Shown here: one piece after another, positions 30,743 to 35,562 of the stretch | Layout of the letters: each line of letters begins with the position of its first letter | Numbering within the stretch: the first letter of the stretch is position 1 | NCBI GenBank assembly: GCA_049999805.1 | Contig: JBNGIO010006258.1 | Span: 240,486 to 276,047 of the forward strand | From: Folioceros fuciformis | Lineage: Eukaryota | Length of the DNA: 35,562 nucleotides | Reading direction: 5' to 3' | The notes under the pieces: generated by a model | Databases searched by the model: none | Seen by the model: only the letters and a program-made list of their open reading frames with translations | What the model was told of the DNA's origin: nothing | Program-made: the position numbers and the translations under genes

Positions 30743-33700
30743 CTATCTAGTCCCGCGGCCCACGAATCCTGACTCGGGCCTGGAGGGTTGTACCTTGTCG
30801 GCATACTCCTTGATACGCGACTTCAGGCGACTAAGCTGTTTGTGCAACCCAAGGAACGCATGGCGCATGCGCTTGAACCGGTCCCTGGAGTCGATAAAGG
30901 CGTCAGTTAAATCCCCGTAGATCGCCGCAAGCTTTATCTTGTCCTCAGCAGCCTTTGCCTGATCGACGCCCGCCCGGAACTCGTCAAAGGGGCGAGCACA
31001 CCTCTGCAGAGCTGTGTTCAGGCGGAGATAAACATCATACTTCTCACCGTATTCCGTGACGCACCGTTTATACTCTTCCATATTTCCAATCGGACCTTGC
31101 AGCTCTTCAGACAGCTTCTCATAGGGAGCAAACCACTGGTCCTCCACGGGATCTCTTGCAACAGTCCTCTTCTTCGCAGAGAAACCATCTGCAGAGCTCT
31201 CTTTCTTCTGCACACCCATCTTCGCAGGAACGGGAACGGAATCTGAGGATGGCCTTGCCTGCTGGTGGTCCATCTGCCTCTTTGCACTCTCCTGTCTATG
31301 TGACACAACTCCCCCGCCAGCTCTCTCAGTTTTGGACTTGACAATCTGGGAACTTGTCACACTTGGCATGTTTGATTCCTTCTTCATGGCCTTCCTTGAC
31401 TCCATATGCCCATCTGCAGCATCCGCTGTTCTCTTCGTCCCCCTTCCACCGACCTTACCCTTCGCAGTATCTGCACCCTTGCCAACTGCAGCCTCCGGCT
31501 TTCCTGTGACCGCAGCCTCGAGTCTGACGGGTGTTAAGTCAGACCTTTGTCCATCTTTCGTCCCGCCAGGACTCCTCTTCGCTGGAGAGTCTCTTCTTAC
31601 ATCGTTGACCCTGCCTGCCATCCTACTCAAAGCCTCGCCAGCAGCGGCGTCCTTCACCGCCTCATTCTTGTCCTTGACCATTTGCTTCCCGCTCTCGATA
31701 TCATCCAGTTCACCTGATTCCCTGTCAGACCTCAGTTTGCCTCTATCTTCAACTCCTTCTCTAATCTCTCCGTCGCTCAACATCCCACTTTCTTCTGCTT
31801 GCTCAGCCCCAGAAGACTTCAAAATTTTCGCTCTTTTAGCTTGAAGCTCTGCACCTGGCATCGCCCTGTCTGGATAATTCTGCCTTTTCGAAGACTCGAA
31901 TTCGCGACTGCGCCGTCTGATCTGATCTGGATTGTTAGGCCACCCATGCATTTCATACTGATCCCTACCAGTGACAGGAAACGTCTCAACATTAGGCCCA
32001 GGTCTTCCCAACAGGCTTGGCTCCCCATGATTCTTCCTGTAATGTTCTGCCACTGCAACTGCTGGTGTATCAGTCGCTTTCAACGGTGGCTCTGCTCCTG
32101 GAGCCTTTGCCGTCTGCACATTCTTCGATGCCTTCCTCCCACCAGGAGCATTGCTAGCTTTCATCACGGGCTTTTGGCCCTTTGGTTTTCCAGCTGCCAC
32201 ACGTGGAGCTTCACTTCCCCGAAGTGGAGACAAGTGTTGTTGTAACTTCCCTCCTGCAGAACTGGAGTTTTGGCTCAAGTGAAACCCCGTCTGCTCCACA
32301 GCGCTATCAGTCAGAAAAGGAGCACCAAGCTCCTGGGAACCCTCTGCAGATGCAGGGGAAGACTTTTTGGCCGCTTGTGCTGACACATGTGTTTTCCCGG
32401 ATGAACCCTCTCCTCTAACGTTCATTCCGACCCCTAGTCCTGTTCCCTCTGAGATATCCTTGCTGGAAGGTTTAGCCTCCTTTGCAACAGCAGGCCCACG
32501 TCTATCCTTGTCAATAGATGGCCCCCGTCTGGCCCCTCTGTTTTGCGCTTTCATCTCCAATGCTTCTATACTGTTATCAGACTCCGAACTCCTGCACTTG
32601 CGAGAATCATCTGTAGACCTGTCACCTGCATTCGCAGCCTTCAGTGCACCCCTATCTACCGATTCATGCTGTCCACCAGGAACATCAGCAACCACCTTCT
32701 GGTTATCAATCAAGGAGGCCACTCGGGGTGAAGGTGGGGCTCCTTCTGAGGAAACAACATCAATTTCTTCGTCGTCCTCATCATCACCTGCGAGGGCTGG
32801 TCTTTCAGTTCCAGCCAGATTCTCTGCACCCAGTTGTTCAGCATTCCAAGGAGGTGTTGGCTCCAGTCTCTGGACATGAGGAGAAGGTTCCTTGTTTTCC
32901 CCTTTTGGTTTCTCGTTCTCATCGTCACTTACAATATTTACATCCTCATCCCCACCCTCATCTGCACTGTCGTCGTCCCCACTGCTGCTGGAAGTGTCGC
33001 TATCACTGTCACTCCCACTACCACTCTCGCTTCCACTCCCACTTCCGCTGTCGCTGTCACTACCACTGCCAGAGCTGGTACTTTCACCGCCATCACTGTC
33101 ATCGGGTGTTTTCGAAGGCACCTCCTGAGCCCTAGAGGGTGTGTTATCTGCAGAAACGCCATCTTCCCTGATTTGGTTACCCCCAGGAGCCATAGCTGTT
33201 CTATCAGGGCTTGCAAAAGCTTGAGAACTTTTCTGCTGAACATCAGGTCGAACAGCAGACGCAGTTTTCTGGGGGCCTTCCTCCGTTTTACTATTAGTCT
33301 TCCTAATTGGAGGCCTCTGAAATTGCTTCACAGCAGTTGGAGCCTCTGTTGCTTCCTTCCTAACGTCTTGCTCATCCATTGCAACCACTTCTAATGGTAC
33401 ATCCGATGAGACATCTGGTGGAGCCGGAGAATCTGCAAGTGATGGAGAGTCCACAGGTACAAAGTCAGGTGAGTTTCCCGAAGGCTTTGTCACAACTCCC
33501 TTTTCGACCCCTTGCTTGAGCAAGTATTTCCCTGGTGCAATAAAGGTGGCTATTTGCTTCAAAATTTTCTCCATGTTCTTCTTCCTTGCGGCCTGCAAGC
33601 TAGGCTGGCAATCTCCTAACGCCCTCTCCAAAGCCTTCATCGACATTCCTTTCGGGTTGTCCGTTAGCAGCGTGATCAGACAGTTCCGAAGGTCACCACC

Positions 33701-34693
33701 ATTGACAGCTGCTCCAGACTTAGGCACTGACTCGGGGGGGGCAACTGCAGCTGGGCTGGAGACCTGTGGCTTGCTGATGACAGCAGGTGGAGGCGCCTCC
33801 TCCACCACAGAACGCCCCTTGGGTGGCAGCATCGTGCCTGCTGGTGCTGGCGCAGGATTGGGCAATCTGGGAGCAGCAGCTATAACTTCAGGCGAGACTG
33901 GAGCTGCCAATTTCGGCTTGATGGTGCCAACAGGGTGAATGGAAGCCACCTTGTTCTTCCCTGCTGCACCTCCAGTTGCTGCCGGTCTCCCCTTGCTCAA
34001 GGACTCCTTCATTTGCATAGCATTCTGATGAGACCTGTTCTGCATAAATTTCCTTCCACTTCCGCCGTCATTCGCAGCAGCTACTTGATTCTTCAAGCTG
34101 CTACTAGGTTCAAGAACGATGGCCTTGCGGGACTTCTGCTTTCGTTCTGCCTCTGCAGACCGCTCCTTCACACGATTAGATTCACCCGCATCCAAGGTCC
34201 GATTGACAGAAATCTTCCGCCACACAGCTCCTGCTTCAGCCAGAATCCCGTTCCCAGATTCCCCCCGCTGCTGCTCTTCATATATCGCAAACAAATGCCC
34301 TGGTTCTCGAGCGGACGAAAACCTGATCTCCTCACTCCCCACCTTAAGCACTCCCGCACCGGAGGGCGAAGATCCAAACTTCATCGACAAACTCCCTCCA
34401 TCACCTTTCACCCGACTCAGCTCCTCCCAAAGCCCCGGAGTGAGCTTCGCAAGTATCGCATACGCGGCCGGCGTGCCGTCGGACAACATCTGGAACGTTT
34501 CTTCCACCGCGTTGGCTGCCGGGACCACGGCAGCAGCAGCCGCCTTCTCAGCAGCAGCACCATCTCGAGCCGGGCGCCCTTTGCTCTTCCCAGCCATCCC
34601 CATACCTCTCCCAAGAGGTAAGACCCGGCTGGCAGGGGGGGGACCAAGCCTGCCCTGGCCTCGGCCCCCTCCCCTCCCATACTTGCTGGTCAT
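30743..34693 (-). CDS. RNA polymerase II elongation factor ELL-like protein (C-terminal occludin/ELL domain), single exon, 1316 aa
   Basis: Folded N-terminal region (EETF...AYAILAKL...MKFG...IYEEQQRGESGNGIL.EAG.VWRKISVNRTLD...VKERSAEAERKQKSRKAIVLEP); small helical domain DLRNCLITLLTDNPKGMSMKALERALGD; S/D/G-rich low-complexity middle; C-terminal helical bundle YEK...LQGPI....EYKRCVTEYGEKYDVYLRLN...FLGLHKQLSRLKSRIKEY. Confidence 0.85.
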   Translation of the reverse strand: MTSKYGRGGGRGQGRLGPPPASRVLPLGRGMGMAGKSKGRPARDGAAAEKAAAAAVVPAANAVEETFQMLSDGTPAAYAILAKLTPGLWEELSRVKGDGGSLSMKFGSSPSGAGVLKVGSEEIRFSSAREPGHLFAIYEEQQRGESGNGILAEAGAVWRKISVNRTLDAGESNRVKERSAEAERKQKSRKAIVLEPSSSLKNQVAAANDGGSGRKFMQNRSHQNAMQMKESLSKGRPAATGGAAGKNKVASIHPVGTIKPKLAAPVSPEVIAAAPRLPNPAPAPAGTMLPPKGRSVVEEAPPPAVISKPQVSSPAAVAPPESVPKSGAAVNGGDLRNCLITLLTDNPKGMSMKALERALGDCQPSLQAARKKNMEKILKQIATFIAPGKYLLKQGVEKGVVTKPSGNSPDFVPVDSPSLADSPAPPDVSSDVPLEVVAMDEQDVRKEATEAPTAVKQFQRPPIRKTNSKTEEGPQKTASAVRPDVQQKSSQAFASPDRTAMAPGGNQIREDGVSADNTPSRAQEVPSKTPDDSDGGESTSSGSGSDSDSGSGSGSESGSGSDSDSDTSSSSGDDDSADEGGDEDVNIVSDDENEKPKGENKEPSPHVQRLEPTPPWNAEQLGAENLAGTERPALAGDDEDDEEIDVVSSEGAPPSPRVASLIDNQKVVADVPGGQHESVDRGALKAANAGDRSTDDSRKCRSSESDNSIEALEMKAQNRGARRGPSIDKDRRGPAVAKEAKPSSKDISEGTGLGVGMNVRGEGSSGKTHVSAQAAKKSSPASAEGSQELGAPFLTDSAVEQTGFHLSQNSSSAGGKLQQHLSPLRGSEAPRVAAGKPKGQKPVMKASNAPGGRKASKNVQTAKAPGAEPPLKATDTPAVAVAEHYRKNHGEPSLLGRPGPNVETFPVTGRDQYEMHGWPNNPDQIRRRSREFESSKRQNYPDRAMPGAELQAKRAKILKSSGAEQAEESGMLSDGEIREGVEDRGKLRSDRESGELDDIESGKQMVKDKNEAVKDAAAGEALSRMAGRVNDVRRDSPAKRSPGGTKDGQRSDLTPVRLEAAVTGKPEAAVGKGADTAKGKVGGRGTKRTADAADGHMESRKAMKKESNMPSVTSSQIVKSKTERAGGGVVSHRQESAKRQMDHQQARPSSDSVPVPAKMGVQKKESSADGFSAKKRTVARDPVEDQWFAPYEKLSEELQGPIGNMEEYKRCVTEYGEKYDVYLRLNTALQRCARPFDEFRAGVDQAKAAEDKIKLAAIYGDLTDAFIDSRDRFKRMRHAFLGLHKQLSRLKSRIKEYADKVQPSRPESGFVGRGTR

Positions 34694-35394
34694 GCTCTCC
34701 TATCTCCTGCAACAGATATCGCAATCCAACATATCTAAATCCACGCAATTCAACTCACATCAGCTCCCTCCCACGCAGGCCATGCAGGCCAAAAACACAC
34801 CAAATCGGCCTCAAACTGCACAATTCACCATAACACCATCCCTCCTTACCAAATTAGCTCTCCTTCTCTTCCTTTCCTCCACAAAGGCCGCTGAGTTTCG
34901 CTGGAACAGTTGCAGACGAGAGTGATCAACCCTCCCCCGGCGCTACCGACGCCAGTGCACCTGACGCACACATGTTGCTGGCGCTGGCGCTGGCCCCTTG
35001 CCAAGAGGAGACGTCGCAGGAAGGACGTGGCCATGACCAACGTTCTGACCCCGGCTTCCGAGGGAGGTTCTCATATTTCTTCCTTCAAAGTCTCCCCAGC
35101 GAAGAAAACTAGTCCTTTAAGAAACACGTTCAAGGACAAATGCTGCATTACCAAATTAAATCGCCTCCAACCAACCTACACCCACTCCCCCACACACAGC
35201 ACCAACATATGCTTGGAATAGTAACAACCCTATTCAGACTAAGTCCTGTACTTCTATATTGAGTATTTTGGATTAGCTCTCATATTACATTATGATACAT
35301 ACTTCAACATCGTAATATAGTATGAGTAATAATATGATAATATGAGCTTTCAGTAGGACATAGCCTGTAAATGCCTGTAAATCTTCCAATTGTA

Positions 35395-35506
35395 GACTCA
35401 TAGTTGGCTTCGAGTTATGTTATTCACCTATAATTCTAGGACTTGCAGTTATAGGACTCATAGCTAGCTTCTAGTTATGTTACTCATCCATAATTCTAGA
35501 ACTTGT
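35395..35506. repeat. ~60-bp direct repeat (2 copies) in AT-rich intergenic DNA
   Basis: GACTCATAG.T.GCTTC.AGTTATGTTA.TCA.C.ATAATTCTAG.ACTTG at ~35395 and ~35455. Confidence 0.8.
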
Positions 35507-35562
35507 TTGTCAATCCTGTCAGAACTTGTATGCATAACTCTTTATGTTTTCAGGGCCTTTTT

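Overview
Gene-dense nuclear DNA from a non-seed land plant, most likely a hornwort. This is inferred from the short (~70-120 bp) GT-AG introns, the tight gene spacing, and a PLS-class PPR gene with 37-aa L motifs and a 'PGQSWW' box. From left to right the window holds: the 5' part of a kinesin-12/POK-like gene (-); an AT-rich repeat block with a 10-N gap; a ~675-bp TIR element with a target-site duplication; a 29-motif PLS-E PPR gene with a decayed DYW tail (-); a divergent Ycf54-like gene (+); a single-dsRBD gene (+); a two-exon gene for a secreted hevein (chitin-binding) domain fused to a Hedgehog-type Hog (Hint + sterol-recognition) autoprocessing domain (+); a convergent HAESA/HSL-like LRR-RLK with ~27 LRRs and a triplicated intron (-); actin capping protein alpha (+); exocyst SEC5 (-); bacterial-type uL30 (+); and an intronless ELL/occludin-domain gene (-). 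The stand-out feature is the hevein-Hog gene (12750-13794), predicted to self-cleave and release a ~60-aa lectin peptide that may be sterol-modified. All splice models and family assignments were read by eye; no database searches were run.
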